Shown piece by piece: positions 26,975 to 43,045 of a DNA stretch of 64,000 nt (its first letter is position 1; each line of letters opens with the position of its first letter). The stretch is from Antedon mediterranea (lineage: Eukaryota; Animalia; Echinodermata): assembly GCF_964355755.1 (NCBI RefSeq), contig NC_092670.1, forward strand, positions 7,864,201-7,928,200, read 5' to 3'. Under the pieces are notes generated by a model. The model saw only the letters and a program-made list of their open reading frames with translations, was not told the DNA's origin and ran no database searches. The position numbers and the translations under genes are program-made.

Positions 26975-27615
26975 CGTAAATCTACAATAGGAAACTTTAA
27001 CAAATCTTGTTTGAAAAGTTTGCTAGTTTTTGTGTGTCTTCGAGTCTGTAAGTTTAGAAACTCGATCATGCTTCGAGAAAAGTTTTCCTAAACTTGCTAG
27101 TGTAGACCGGTTAGTACATGCAGACGACTAGATAGGAAACTTTATCAAATGTGTGTTTGAAAACTAAAGTTGGATTTGTGTGGTTTAGAAACTTGTGCAC
27201 AAGTTTGGCAAGAAAGGCTTTCAAAAACTTGCTAGAAGTGTAGACCGGTTGGTAAACTGCAGAAAACTAATGCAGACGACGTTATAGGAAACTTTTATCA
27301 AATCTGTGTTTGCAAACTCCGAGTTTGCTCATGTTTGCAAACTAAAGTTGGATAGTTTTTCTGTGTTTAGAAACTCGAGCACGAGTTTGACAAGAAAGGT
27401 TTCCAAAATGTGCTAGAGTAGACCGGTTGGTAAACTGCAGAAAACTAGTGCAGACTCTAGTTATAAGAAACTTTTATCAAATCTGTGTTTGCAAACTCCG
27501 AGTTTGCTCATGTTTGCAAACTAAAGTTGGATAGTTTTTTCTGTGTTTAGAAACTCGAGCACGAGTTTGGCAAGAAAATTGTCCAAAACTTGCTAGAGTA
27601 GACCGGTTGGTAACT
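26975..27615. repeat. Tandem repeat, ~4 units of 145-180 bp
   Basis: The unit aggaaactttatcaaat...tttagaaactcgagcac...tgctagagtagaccggttggtaa recurs at ~26989, 27134, 27286 and 27466. Confidence 0.85.
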
Positions 27616-30600
27616 TAAAAAAACTGTAGAAGATTATTTAGCGCAAGATGGAATAGCTGTAATTGTTACAATGAGATACTGCAGATTTACATTTTAATAA
27701 CAGTGTCCAACGCATGCGCACACTTCTTCAAACAGAGGTTTGGTAACTTTTGTCATTTTAAAATAATAAGGCATTTCACAGATGTGTTAAGGTATATATG
27801 ATATGCGTCTCTTTTTGAGATGCAACTTTCACCAACTCATCTCAAACCTTCTTTTGTTATTTTCAATTTCACATTTTCCAATAGTAGGCCTACCTGTTCC
27901 ACATTATCAACCGACAGTACGTTAACCAGATAGTGAACTTTAGGAAGCAAGGTATACGAAACATAATGGATATGTTATAGCTAAGAAAAACAATATGGTG
28001 CTGTATTAAATTCACATTAAAGTATCGATGAATTTAGTATAGAAAGATAATCTGTTGCAATAAAAGCCTGATTTCCACTGGGAAGCATCATTTGTAAATA
28101 ATATTTAACACATTTTGCTCACTGATGAGGAGGTACTGTAACTTAATCGAATTACACATTTTATCTTTTGAATTATCAACTGCTCGTGTTATATAGTGTC
28201 TGTTGGTTATAAAAATACGCCGGCCGTAAGTAAGAGTGAAGTTTCAAAACGACTGAATGATTTTGTTTTCATTATTTACACATAAATGATTATTTATAGC
28301 AATATGTTTATTTACAATTGCTGTAGCTTATTTATTGTTTAACAAAATGATAACGAATTCGTATTATTATGCCAGAGAGTAATATAAAGTGTTGTAAACA
28401 CTATAGATATGCATATGAATAAAACTGTATACAACTATAACAATAATAATAAATTATAAAAATTTTTTAAGAGATGTAATGTAAAAACGATCTCTATCTA
28501 TTTATAAACTTAGGAGCTAAATGACATTTTTCTAGATAACCGCAATAATTTATACTAATGTATTATTGTTCTTGATAATGGCTATGGCATGAACATTGTA
28601 ATAACTGATTCGGGTGACACCCAACCGCGCGTTAGCCCAAGTGTTGTCATCTGATGGTGACTCCAGCGTGGAGAGATACGTTTTATAGTTTTATTATTTC
28701 TTTGCTTCATATGATTTAGAGATGATGATCACGTGATAAGAAGATACGATTGATTACCCTTGCAATTAGGGGATTTCCCATAAACATTTCTTGAACAGGA
28801 ATCGAATTAAACAAAATGACAATATTAAGATTGTGACATTTATAATTCTTAACAAGATTATTCTTACTTAGCAAACTTTGACACTAAAATGTAATTTATA
28901 TCTCTAAATACTTTGATTCAAGGAAGTAATTAAAATTGATATGATAAATAATTACAGATTATCCAATAAGTCTCCGGATGCTGTTGTTATTGCAAAATTA
29001 TAATGTAATAATAATCTTTTATTTAAACCATAATTGATAGGTATACAATTGTTATTTTATCCTTGAAGGATAATTGTATTTGTAAAAACAATTTCATGAT
29101 TTCTATGGGTGACCTTTCTTTATTACTTGAATTAAGTTTGTTTGGATTTGGACAAAAATTCCTTTTTTTTTTAAATAATATTTAAAAATTGTTACTATGA
29201 AGGTATAAACAAGAACGCTTATTAGTTTATAAATCCATGCTATTACTTTATAATTGTCGCTCAAAATAGCCTAACCACACACAAATGTGAATGTCACTTT
29301 TATTAGATGCAGTCCCCTAAGATTATTGGTTTTGTGGGTAGAATTTGTGATGATTCACAAGGCAAAAGAAGCGGAAACGGCACATGTCACGATCTTTTTT
29401 GTCTACCTCTATTAAGAAAGCATCACACAGTATTTTCAAAGTCATTATTTTCATTGACCACGAATGGTTCAATTTCCCCTTCCCTCAACCACAGACACAC
29501 ACATGCCACAAACACATGTAAACTGCCTCCCTCATTCACATTTACTGCCACCGTGCGATAATGGTGTCACTCCAATTTCAGGCCTGCTCCATTGAAAATT
29601 CAGGCAAGGACCGGGAACGGGGACACGTTAAACGCACTCACGTTCATGGATATACCAGGGGGACCACCTGTGGGGGGTGTAGGGGGAAGGAATATAAAAT
29701 GAACAAAAATGTAGCTACCTAATATCCAGAAACTGTGTCAGTGTAGTGACCTCTAAAATGGTCTTAAATCTAACCGAAATTAGAATTACATTGATGCATC
29801 TTTGGCCAACAAAGATATTAAATGTTTTTACAACATTGCTTTTCCATATTTGGAATTATCCTGTCGCTTTTTCGGTTATCTACCCAGTAGACCAAATAGT
29901 TATTATCACTTGCTAAACGCTGGAAGGATATGTTGGATTTCCTGAAATTATTGGTTTCATTCCAACCATGTCTATTATTTTGTTTCGAATGAAAGCTGTG
30001 GATTAAAGGGAAAAACCTTCCGGATGAAACTTTTTCTTCGATTGTGTGTTTAACATGGTCCATGTGCATGTTGAGCAATGAAGGAAACGAATTCCTTCAT
30101 GTTTGAACAAATAAGAGTTTGAGTTTAGTTCGAGAAAATAAATCATCGACGTATATCAGAGAGTAATCAGGATCGGTGAGCTAGTTTTTGTTTCCGTGAC
30201 AAGTTCCGTAATTTGGTTCATGTGGTGTACTCTGTCGAACGATTTCCAAAAAACATTTTGTCAAACTACGGCATTATAATTATTACACAATGCATAAACT
30301 TTGTTAACTTTGTATAGTGTAGAACTGATATCTGGAAACACGAATTGGTATAGCGTTTCTAGAAGAACCAAATTGTGGAATGCAGGCTAATGTATACGAA
30401 GCAAATCAAAATTGGCAAATTGCCTAACACGTACTTCTTACCTTTGTTTTATTATCATCATTAAAGTTTCATTCTACTTTTATAATCAACATTTAGATCA
30501 CCCAGAACATGAAATGCTGTGAAGATTGTAGTTCATCGCGCATGCGCGCCATGATGTTTGAAAGTATAATACAGTACATATGTTATAGTTAACGAAAATA

Positions 30601-32199
30601 TATGAACGTCCACATTATCTACGATTAATCGCATCAGAACATTAGCTGAAAAGTAGATGAAACTTGATTCAATGATATAATATAATATGCGCTCTATAGG
30701 GTTACTGTTAGATCATTAAATAGTGCATGCAATCAACACTTTATATCATCACTGTTAATAGGCCTATATAACTTTTGCAGAAATAGTAAATACGAATTTC
30801 AAAATCTCACAGAAAAGATTTTTTTTTCAAAACCACCTAGACGGTTTGTGTGTGTGTCTTTTGTGGTTTCTTCCCATTTCTATTTCTTAATTGTAACAGT
30901 TGTTTACAATCTAGTTCTCCTGCACATTAACATTTTATAAAATAAGACATTTTGGAACGACAATTTTAAAATAAAACGATATGATATTTTTTTTTTTAAA
31001 CACCGATAATCTGTATAATAACCAGTACTTTTTTTTATTTTTTTGTTAAATTCAGACGAACAATAAGAATTAGGTAATCCCCATCGACGAACGAACAAAG
31101 ACAAAGAATTTAGTTTCCAAAATCTAATAAAATGTTTTCATTAGGTTAATATTGTTACACTAATCATCACTTTCATTTTTAAAATTTCAATTCAAATAGT
31201 AGTAGGCCTACTAATTCATAAGTAAAAATAAATGCATCTGTCAGGGAATATGAAATTATGTAGATTATTCTGTTAGCAGGCATCGTGTGTTCATGTTTCC
31301 TATGTTATATAAATAATTATTGAAATTGAAATGGATTTATTTTAATGGTAGGCGTGTCGGTCAGACGAGGTCTGAATCTTTATCAACACAATTTGATCAA
31401 TGTCATAGAGAATCTCATGAGTTTGATGATCGCTAACCTAACCCATGACCTAATTTTCAATTTATTCATTCATCTGGTCCTAAAATCCGATTCAATATTC
31501 AAGAAAAGGTAGGGATATAAGAACAAGATTACAAGAAATAGGCCTATACTAGAAATTAGTTAAAAAGATGTAACAGATTTACCAGGTAACGTTAACCTAA
31601 AGTGAATACATGAGATGTTGTATTACCGAATTTTGTAACTGAACAAATATTGCCACATGAGATATACTCATAAGCATTGGGTGAAAACATATCATATTAA
31701 TAATATTTATTTCCACCATGCTACATCATCGAGGAACCACTCATGCTCACACACCTGTTTAATGTAGACGTTGCGTGGTGGTGTGTTATCTTCCCCGAAA
31801 TCATGATGATAGTCACACGTATTGATTTGTGTGGGATGAGGATGATGATCAAGAGTTTGTAAGTCTAGACAAAATAAATATTACAATACAAGAGAAAAAA
31901 TGAATTTATATTTTATTAATAATTATCTTTGGCAGTAAAACCAGATACATGTGGCTGAAATAAAACTCGGTTAAGCTCATTCGTGTCTTATAAATGTCCA
32001 CATATGCTTATCTTTAAATCCACATGGTATCATTATGAAAGTTGGAATGACCAGTTAAATATAAGATTCTTTTAAATACATTTTTCAAAGAGAAAAGGGA
32101 AATCTCACAAATGATAAATTGTTTTTGCTCAAACAATTATCTTTCTCATGGTTACCACAATTTTCATTATGATGACGTCATCACGTCTAAGAAATTAAA

Positions 32200-32266
32200 T
32201 AATATTGGTCGAATAATTTACCTACATCGTATAATATGGTCGAATAATTTACCTACATCGTATAAT
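32200..32266. repeat. Short tandem duplication (~31 bp x2)
   Basis: tggtcgaataatttacctacatcgtataata repeated twice. Confidence 0.8.
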
Positions 32267-35200
32267 ATTTGAATATCTTACAGTTCTTCAGAAGTTTAAA
32301 GTTGACTTTCATGTTTATAACTTAATATGAAATATGTTGAATTGTATATAGGAATTCATGTAAAAATGTTGCCAACTCATAGAACGGAATAATATTAAGT
32401 TTGGCCTTCAGAGAACACCCAATTGAACAAGTTTTACTGTTTTCAAGATTTTTTGAAAACATACACCCATCGGAAAGTTTTTTAGTGGAGTCTCCACTCT
32501 CGGGTATCTGTTGGTAAAATACCCATGGGAGCTAAATGGTGCTCTCTATATCATTGTGTAGGCCTAATATACCCTGTTGACGAGCATACTTTTAAGCTGT
32601 CAAACACACACACAAGGAGGAAATGTGACAGAATTATATTGGTTTCAAATAAAGTTATCTTATTAGGCATTTTTGAAATATTTTTACCAATTGAGGATGA
32701 TATAGTGAAAAGGATGTTTTGGATGTATACATAATTGAATATTTCCTTTGTTGGCGCATACGTATTTTCCAAATATCATAGGGAATATTACCAGAGTTGG
32801 CACTGGGCTGATAATGAAATTACAAATTATTATTTCATTCATATTACTATTTCTTGTTATAAAATCATTTTAAGGAAGGAACAGAAACATTAGCCTAAGG
32901 TAAATTTTAAATTACTGAATTTACATCTATCACATACCTTGATATTATATAATGATATAATAATCATATGACGGACATACTGTATAAAAGCACAAAATGT
33001 GCTGTTACATACAGAAATACATTGTGAAAATGTTGTTGTTCTTTCTTGTAGCAGGGGTTGCGAGTCGTAACCCACATAGAAACCAGGGAGTTCTAATAAC
33101 AACTCCCTGTAGAAACTATGCTAGAAGAACAGGAAGAAGGGTAATAAACGTAGGCCTAATATTTACAACATTTACGAACAAAAATAAACCGGAAACATTT
33201 CATCAATAAGCGGATGTAATCAAATTCTTACCCATCACACTCCCGTCAGCATTGTCGCTTGATGACTTGAATAACCGCAACAACACAGCTAGACATCTAG
33301 TTTAACAAGCAATGTGTGGATCGCAGCAACACCTGTACGGTACCGTACTTTCACCTGTAGGCATAGACACTTTTTAATACACTGGCGTTACTATTACTTG
33401 TCGGACCACATCAATGTAATAGAACAAATCTAGTGTTTTTCAGGATCAATGCTATCATTCAACACGTGCTTATTATATTGAAATGTCTGTAATGTAAAAT
33501 TTCATACATATATTTCTGAACAAGGTTTTTCTGTATTATTCATTTAAAGATGTATATTGTTCCCAAAATCATTAAAAATGAAAATTAATGAAATAGACTT
33601 TGAATAGGTCATTTGTAGTTTAATTAAGTAATAATGTTTTCACTTATAAAAAGAGAAAATAAACGATTACATTTAACCAAACACCTTGACTTTCAGTCAA
33701 TTTTACTATTGTTTCCTTTAAATTACAGGAGTTTTTTTTCGGTTCAATTTTTGGTCAAAGTGAAGAAGATTGTAAAGAAATCCTTGGTGGTACCCACTCT
33801 TTATGCCGCACGATCGGTAACTTATAAGTTAGTATTTTATATAGATTTAGATAGATGTGTTGGCTTCGGTCGTTCAGATTGAAAGGTTTACGCTATGCAA
33901 GCTGAGGTCATCTCCATTTGTCCAGTTATTTCAAGCTGCTGTACTAAATCTGTCATCATGTCCATTAGAATACTAATACAATTAAAACAATATAATACGT
34001 AATAAAATGCCATTTTGTAATACATTTAACACTGAGTATATAGGAATGCCACGGTCATTGTTAATATATCTTAATTGATGTTGAGTGAAATAATTACTGT
34101 TTCAATGCTAACACAAGTTTATAGCAGAATTAAGTGGAACATTTTACGTTCCGCTCTGCCCTTTATTTTTACAGTAATTAAGTCCAAACGACTTATTAGC
34201 ATTACTGTCACTTTGATTGTAATTAACTTTTTGATGCGCATTAATAACAGTGTCATCTGTACATTCTAAATTAATTGCTCCTGTCAACGCCTATTTGTGT
34301 TGAGAAGTATATAAACATATTTATATATACATTTTTTCCCAGAAAGAAAACAAATTAAACATTGTTAAATATGAAATGTTAAAGTCACGTAGGTCTATAT
34401 ATATAGATATAAAATTAAAGCCAACCGAAAGTTCATTGTCTGAATGATCCTGGTTTTAATGGAACCGTTAATTATCATTTTTATAAGAGAAAACATTATT
34501 TTGTTGAGATTTTTTTCAGCTAAAGTATATCTATATATAGCTATAATTAAACATTTTATTCATCTTTTATGTTTTGCAATACTCTTTAATGGGAAACTGG
34601 ATTAGAAATTGCTAACAAATTAACAATTGTAGTTAAATATAACTTAACATTGCCTTTAGACCTACCTTTTTTTTTCAAATTACCATGTTTGATCTGTAGT
34701 GAATGTTTTTTTTTTATAAATCGACTTTATAGTACGGTACAGTAATACTCATGTCCATAATACATTTTATCTAAGTTTTTTTTTCTTTAATAGCTTTATT
34801 ACTTCCATCCGTTCAAAACGTAGAATTCAATCATTCATTTACCCATTCCAATGGGTATTTTATCTATTCTTAAATGTAAGCTCTTCCAATTAAATGTTAT
34901 GCAGCTGCAACGTTTATTAAACTAATTGAATCTGTCCGAATCAATAATATGGTTACAAGTTAGAGGATAGGATGTTAGCCGAATGAGTAATGTACTTCGA
35001 TATTCTAAACTTTATTTATAATAAGAACAAGAAAGTAAATCACATTTATTGGTATCAATTCCGAAATGTCCAGTCTATAATGCATCATATTAAATCATAA
35101 TTGCTTCAATGTGCAGTTTTTCAAGAAACGAAATAAACGTCGTCTCGCTAAGATTTCAAGTCCAAAAACGTTAATTTTATCATGAAATGAAATGCTTTTC

Positions 35201-36989
35201 AAACTACATATAAGTTCTTCATCTCTAGGCCAGATTAGGCAAGAACACCATCCCACATTATAATATGGCATTGCTTATTGCTTTCAACAGGTTAATGTCT
35301 TGGATTCATTTATGTAATATATGCTGGATTGTTGCGATTGAAATAAAGTATGGTAAAGAAAACATTAGAAATACTTTTTAAAATTTAAATTTAAAGATAG
35401 GCCTTATCTTAGATACATTTTAACCTAAACTACTTAATCTGTAATTTTGACTGATGGCGATACACATTATGTCAATTGAAAATCTGACAAACCTCGGATA
35501 TCAGTTGCCTCATGTAAAGATAGATATATGCATTTATTTATATCTAAATATCGAATTCTTGGACAGATACAATAGGAGGTTAAACCTTTATGAGATTGAA
35601 GCATTTTCTGTCAAGTCATAGTTTTGCATGGTCGGTTCGTACTATTTGACTGTTGCCACGTCGAAGAAAAAAAAAGAAAAGTTAAAATTTTCCGAATATT
35701 GAACAGCCTTACGTAAATGATAAATATGTTTAATTAAGAAGTTCCTCCAGCGTGTCTTAGATTAGAAATAGCAGTAGCGAAAAGATACAGTGACGAAAGA
35801 CATAAGAAATTACTTAATCTATCATACAGTTGTGAAAATAACTTTCCATTAAAGTCCATGTTTGTCACTTAATTTGTCATAAATATTAGATTTATAATGT
35901 CCATAAAAATTCTAAAACATGATACAATAATGTTTTTCTGAATAATTATTATTATATGAATGTAAAATTTAAATGGAAATAGACTATTTACACATGAAAT
36001 TACTAACTATACTAGTGGTTTGTCATGTGTAGATAATTTTAAATTCCTTCCCTTCTTGGTAGATCCCATTTAATAGGCGTGTCTCAAATGAGTGATTTTA
36101 CTGTATTGATAATGTATTCATTTTATAATAACAACTAAACTAAATTAAAATAGGTCTATCTCATGTTGTATGCATGCCTTGGCCATGAGCGACCGGTTGG
36201 TCATGATCTCAACAAAATGAAAACAAATATATATTCGCCTTGGGCTTCTGTTAAGTTAATGATATTCCTAATTGTCCAGATAGTTTAAAGGACAGATGAT
36301 ATAATGCAAGTCCTTGTGGGTAATGGTTCAGAAATGTAAGTACATTTACGGGATTTTAACGGAATGTTAAGGTAAACTTTTAGTATACTGTTCAAATATA
36401 AAACAATGTCTGATTGGTTATGGAATAGCACCCAATAGCATATCATTTTGTGAGAGAGTTTGTGCGTGTGTTTGTTATACAAATTTGTTACTGTAAAGGT
36501 TTTAAACTCATTTGGAAATTATCCGCCTTCTTCCAGAATAGAAACCGAACGTCAAATCCATTGTGTAACGTTAGCTAAAACGTCGATACCGTAGTAGTAT
36601 AGGAAGAGACAAGAACCTTGAACTTTTAACCAATCACAGTCGTTCATGCGATGGCACAACCAATATCAATGAATAAATACCAGAGAACATTTGCGTGTGC
36701 ATTTTAAGTTTAAACATAGCCCTACTACAATAAAAACAATATATTGTGACATCGCTCTTTTGGAGATGACATGAATTGGACAATTTCGGGTGAAAAAGGG
36801 GAAATATTATGATTTAACATTACGGCCAATCTCTATTCAGGGGAAACCCATATTTAAGGCGGTACTTACGTCTCGAATTTGTACTTAGTGGAATTTTACT
36901 GCATCCTACATATAATTTTAATATTTAAAAAAATTATTATGAAGCTTAAAGAAAAGGAAGAGTTTAATATTCAGTCGAGACAAATTCCG

Positions 36990-37055
36990 TGTTATCCACA
37001 GATTTGAACCACTGGCCATTACGTTAAAGGCAAGTAACTAACCACACAAGCCGCA
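36990..37055 (-). mobile_element. Degenerate tRNA-derived SINE head or tRNA pseudogene
   Basis: Minus strand GGCTTGTGTGGTTAGTTACTTGCCTTTAACGTAATGGCCAGTGGTTCAAATCTG: A-box-like TGGTTAG and B-box GGTTCAAATC at tRNA-like spacing; stems are poor. Confidence 0.45.
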
Positions 37056-39847
37056 AGTTACGTATGAAAAAAATACTGCATTGTATGTACAAACAAATTC
37101 CATACTTGGTAGTACACACCGAATAATGTTTTTTTTTCAAGTATGTTTTGGTTGACTACAGGAGAGGTAAGAATTCTTCAATGATGACATGGATTGCTTG
37201 TCGCTAAATCCACTTTCATGTTGTTAGAGGTCCGTTAGGTCATTGCCAATCGCCAATGCGGTAGATAATCTGCTTCCAAAATTCACCGACAGCTGTCTGT
37301 CAAACTCGTGCAAAACCCCAAATGAGCCACTGAAAAATACAAGAGAAAGACACGGACTGATATGTAGTGTATAATACGAATGATTCAATTTTGAGTCACG
37401 CGTTTAAAATCACTTTACAAGAATAAACTTGCATCATTTCGAATTAAATATGAAAATTGGCAGACGATGATAATATTAAGACCACTTGAATATGTCAATG
37501 TCAGGTCATAGTCTGATAATACCTTTCGACAATAATGCTACACTTATCTTTCACTAAACATAATAATTCAGTTAATCATCGTGTTTAACTATATATACAT
37601 TGATATAATGCACTAATTAAACTTTTAATGGGTGTTGCTCTTAGAATTGGTATTTGTTGTGTAATGTCTATAGGCTAGGCCTATGTGTACACATCTTTAT
37701 CGTCTGGGGGGAAGCCTAACATCCGACTATTCGGAGCCACACCGACTCTGACCCTAGTTTGACAGCTGGAGAGATGTTGCGTGTTAATGCGGTTAGTATG
37801 TGGCTTAGCAAAGTACATTTTGCGGAAGTGACGTTTTCGACTATTTTTAACAAATCGAAATTCCTAAATAAGTATGTTTACACCTGATACTTACCAAGAA
37901 ATTACTTATACAGTTTGAAAGTAATTCTTATTTTCTTTTGTACGGTATATAGAACCATCTTCATATACATCCTATATATATTTGCTCAATGGAAATTCCA
38001 TTATTGAGGAAACATTATCAAACATTCAAACAATGTAAACTACGGTATAATACGTGTTGATTGCGTAACAAAATAGCACGTTCTTCCACAACACCTGCAA
38101 TTTGACCCCAAAATAAAAAAATAATAATTGTGTCAGATATTTTTGAACTATGTACTTTTAAAATATATTCATTTTTAAAAATAAAATACTACATAAACTT
38201 TTGTAATGAAAAACAAAAACACGTTTTGGTAAATTACTCAAAAGTTGCTTTATTCTAGATAAGCCCTTTTCTCAAAGTACAGCAGTATAGTTGTGTATAT
38301 CGCCAAGTGGGAGAAGTGAAGGGTTATATAAGCCGGTATTCCAGGCAGGCTTTACCCACTCCTTTCGAATGTTCCTATCCGCGCGGTTTTTCTTGGTGGG
38401 GGAGGCAGGGTTGTGTGATACACTGAATAAGACAACTGCCAGAAGTGCATTATTCTTATTTACCAAGGCCTATTTAATTTCAGATGTCTTCCTTATCTAA
38501 GTCTTCATTCGTGTTTATTGAGAGTTTGCTCATTTTCTATTGCTCATTATTTTGCCTTTAATTATGGTTGCGAATTTCGTACTTTCGCTTCGGTGGTTTT
38601 AAGTCCCTCGCGTGCCATCAAATGTTCGCATTACCTTCAACGTTTAATTTTGTTGACTCCACTTTTTAATTTAATCATCCGGTAATGTCCCCAATTCCGA
38701 TATTAAATCACCCAATCATTAATTATTCCAATCAACAACTAATAAATCTATCTCGAACCCTCCCAGAATATTATTGCATCGTGAATTATCCATACGTAGT
38801 CAGGCGTACTTCAAAGATAAATCAATAAGGTTGTTCTTAACAAATTATAATTCCGGAATTTATTTTATTATAATTATTCCTGTAATCAGGCAAACAAAAT
38901 CCGAACTTGAATGTCCTTATAATGTAGTCACCATCTATATTACCAATGTTAAGCCAGCGTTCTAGTCTGATAACTATAGCCTATGTTACTGTTAAAAAAC
39001 TTTATTTATCATAACATGGTGTAATCACTTATAATAGGGCCAATATTTGCAAAAATAAAAGTATCAATATATTACTAACTACACCCTAATATTGAAATTA
39101 CCATATTTAGACATTTCGGTATTAACCATAATTCGGTATAAAAACACGTGCACAATATAAAGCAGAAGGGGAAAATAATATCTACAAACAAACACTGAAC
39201 TTTACCGTCAAAATTAGAGCTACTGTATACTAAAAATACCAATATTACACAAATATAAAAATGCGATTATGATTATTATTAGTATATTATAATGTACACA
39301 TATTTATATAATTAATGTATATAAAACTGAATGAACTTTCGATTTTAAGAAGCTGTATAGCATATACACCCTCGTTGCTAATGTCTGTTTTAATTATCTC
39401 TGATGCAAGACGTCATTTATTTCCTGAAAACTGACAGTTAAATATAGAGTAAATAAATTGACTAAAAAAAGGACAGATGCCCACTTCATAGCTAACCACA
39501 CAATTTACAAAACATTAAAACATGACAGCAATGCGGTACGGTAGTTATAAAACCAAGCAGCCTGATTATTATTTAGAAGGGTCAAGTGAAGTCTGTTTTC
39601 CACCACACGAGACGAGTTTATTCGCGCGTATCCTTTAGCGTCTGTGTTCTGATTGGTTGCGATTACTTCGCGTGATAAAAGCATGCAGATGAAATGATTA
39701 AGCATGCGCATAAGGTTTGGTTGATTACATAATTCTCATTTCTGCTTCCAGAATGTTACCTTATCTTACACACTTCGCAAACAATGACGAACCTTGATAA
39801 TCTGATGACGGGATCTACATTTAATTAATATCAAAGAACTGAGTTAA

Positions 39848-40029
39848 GCTCTGTCTACACTATCAAACTAGTTTGACAAAAAAAGGGCGATGTGCCCAAA
39901 TATGGTAGTATGGTAGTAATATGACATCATAATGTCACTACATCATCATGTCACTACATCATCATGTCACTACATCATCATGTCAAAATATGGGCATCAC
40001 ATCACAAAGTGTGATAGTGTAGACAGAGC
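39848..40029. mobile_element. MITE with TIRs and internal 16-bp tandem repeat
   Basis: GCTCTGTCTACACTATCA ... TGATAGTGTAGACAGAGC flanked by TTAA on both sides; internal (catcatcatgtcacta)n. Same family as the 5282 remnant. Confidence 0.85.
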
Positions 40030-40820
40030 TTAAAGTTAGTTAATACACAACAATTGACCGTGGTATATCACATTATTGAATTAATACAGTGATCATTTTC
40101 CAATGGTTTCAGAAATGCTTGGCAGACAGTTTCCGTCAAACAGTCTTACGAAGAAAAAAAAACCGTTCCATTGCGTGATAGTATGTTTATTAATGTCGAG
40201 ATATTTTCATGAAATTGTAATGTACAGTGCAATAAATGGCCGATTTGAAAGAAAAAGGAAGAACCGTTCCGACTGATAATCAGACGATAATTTGAATGAT
40301 ACTCTCTGGGGCGCGAAGCCGGTAATGAGTTACTAATGTTGATTTCATGCCAACCAGATCAGGTTCGTTAATTACAAACCGCCAACAAGTGCAATTATGC
40401 GGACTAGCCTATGGAACGCTTCCTGTTTGTATCAATATTATTCTAAAGGGGTTTTATTGTTTATTATACCCAGGTGACTTTCTGTGGTTGTTATAATACT
40501 ATCATCATCATCAATAAAATTAAAATTATTAATTGCGCTGTCAATAACCACTCCTTTAAACTACAATGCAAGTTTTCGTAATACATTCAAGCTTACAGCA
40601 ATAGGCCTACAGCATAGCACGTTTAGTGATTTGAGCAGGTATTAGGGACATAGGCCTATAACTGTCTCAATCAATCTCGCCTGAAGTGATGTGACATAAC
40701 AATATTAGGCTTATACCAACCAAACGAGATACGGGCCACAGGCTAGTGCAGTACAGCAGTCCATCTTAGAGTAGAACACGAACCATACAAAATCCAGTCA
40801 AATAGTTTTACTTTCACAGT

Positions 40821-40903
40821 TATACCCCTTTCACACCAAAAGCAAAACCCCGGAGACACTCCGGAATTGACGCCACGGTGTTTTTGTGTGAAAGAGGTGT
40901 ATA
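40821..40903. mobile_element. Very small MITE (Harbinger-like TTTCACAC ends)
   Basis: tatacccctttcacac ... gtgtgaaagaggtgtata inverted ends. Confidence 0.6.
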
Positions 40904-42969
40904 CGTGCACACAACAATTTGAGCATATTTTTGTATCATATATATATATGTTCATTGTGAACCAGTAAACCAACAACCAGAACAGAATGTATAAAAGCAT
41001 TTTAAATACTAAATTTCGTAATTCGTTAAAAAAGTTAAGAACCGATGGCGAGTTATAAATTAGGGTTTTAAAGTTGTAAACATGTTTGTTGGTCTCCTAC
41101 CAACATTTACATGAATCTAAACCCACTGACAAAAATGAATAACAGTAATGACCACACTATAGCCTCTCACTTTATGTAAAATATAACTAGTTTCCTTGCA
41201 TTTATTCAGAATTGATAACATGCCTTATTTTGTTGAAGTTCAATTTTGATATGGTTATGTATTGAGTTAAACGTGAGGGTTCCTTTATTTCAACTTCCTC
41301 TATTTTTTGTAACCTTTAGGACTTACAAATAGGGCCTATATATTATATATATATATTTTTTAAAGGTGATTCCATATCGGCTTTTTCCTTAACGGCTATG
41401 CCATATTGTTGCTCCATGGCTGAAACAAGTTTATGGTGCATGCGGGTTGTTGTGGTAGAAAAGTTTAAAAATTGACAGATATTACCACATCACAAGAGCC
41501 TTTAATTAATAGCCTTTACTGACGATACAGGGTTAAAAAAAAACACGTTAAGTATTTTGTTTTGCATGCTCGGGGCAGGCAGAACTCCACTGTGACAATT
41601 AACTATATGAAATGGCTGTTTCTCTGTTTCATCACGTTCCTTGCAAGCGAGACGAGTGTTTATGGACCAAGAAACGGAAATGAATCATTATGATAGATTT
41701 AAACGTCTCTTCTGCATTTGGTTTTAAGTTCAAAATACTCTAAGGCTATTTACTTGACTTACATTTCATTGTAGGGTTCGAACGAAACCCCCTTTTCCTA
41801 AGTGCCCTTTTCAAACTAGGGACCAGAGCTGCGGAAGTGATGGTAAATGATAGGCCTAGCGCATGAGGCCTTTTTGCCAAGCAACGTACGTAAGCGTCCT
41901 TGTCGAAAAAGAACCTCTTCCTAAGATCCTCTGACTACATGCTTGTATATTTAGTTACATGATTCTGGCTATAAGCTTAATTGTATTTTTAGTTATAAGA
42001 TTCGAAAAACATAATAATGTTTGTTACTGATCAGTCATGTGAGATCAAATGCAGAACCACAAAACAAGTCCTCAATCTCCCTGTTTGGTTTTTGTCTCGA
42101 CTCCTATTATAGCCACCAACAAAAATGAACACACCTCATCAATTATGTTCAAGTTCTATAAACAATAAGTTAGTACATCTCGATTGCAGAAGCATACATT
42201 TAAGCCCAAAATGATCCCGCGTGTCTTCTTCCCCTTCACCTCCCTCGATCCTCAACCGTCTCCCCTTTTTTGCACGTTCAGCAAAACAAAATCTATAATA
42301 AAAGAACTATCATTATTTACAACCCTTGATGTACTGTAACTTGTACTGTATAATTGGAAAGGGAATAATTCGTATTATTTTTACAAATCGAATTACCGTA
42401 GTTAGAAATAAGTTTGATATAGTTTTACGATAATACCAATAGCGCCACCATAGTTTATAAACTTTTTTTTCTGAATTTTATTTGATAAAACCGAATAATT
42501 GTAATGTTAAGTTCATTTCCATACCTTGTCATAGTATATTAGGAAATATAGGGTACCTTAAATATTGTTCAGTACAATATACATATGTTATCATTAAAAT
42601 GTATTTCGTAGATTGCCAGCGATTCGTAGAATCGGCGACAAGGTTCAGTTGAAAGGAGTTGCACAATACCAAGTTGTGGTATCCCTCACAAAACAAGAAA
42701 TCCATTATGATGCATTTCTGTTGACTGTGGCGGGTAAGCATGGAAATGAAATAACAATAATCATGGTATACCAACAAAACAAAACAACATCTATGCATGA
42801 CCATACTTCATGCGTTCCGGAATGGTAATCACGTTCAACAGATCTGACGAATCACGATGCGATTGATAAATCTTTCTTTCTTTTATTTCAATAAACAATA
42901 GATGAATTAACATAGGTTTCAAAATTATGCTTTTTCTCATCATCGGGCTTTATGCATGGGTGTAGGCAG

Positions 42970-43045
42970 TTGGGGTGGTGGGGGAGGAGGGGGAGGGGGA
43001 GGTGGTGGTGGAGGGGGAGGTGGTGGTGAGGGAGGGGAGGTTGCA
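42970..43045. repeat. G-rich low-complexity tract (GGW)n; poly-Pro on the minus strand
   Basis: ggggtggtgggggaggagggggagggggaggtggtggtggagggggagg... Confidence 0.8.

Noticed and set aside
36990-37055. Functional tRNA gene
   Set aside because: A/B-box remnants are present but the acceptor and anticodon stems do not pair; treated as a SINE head or pseudogene.
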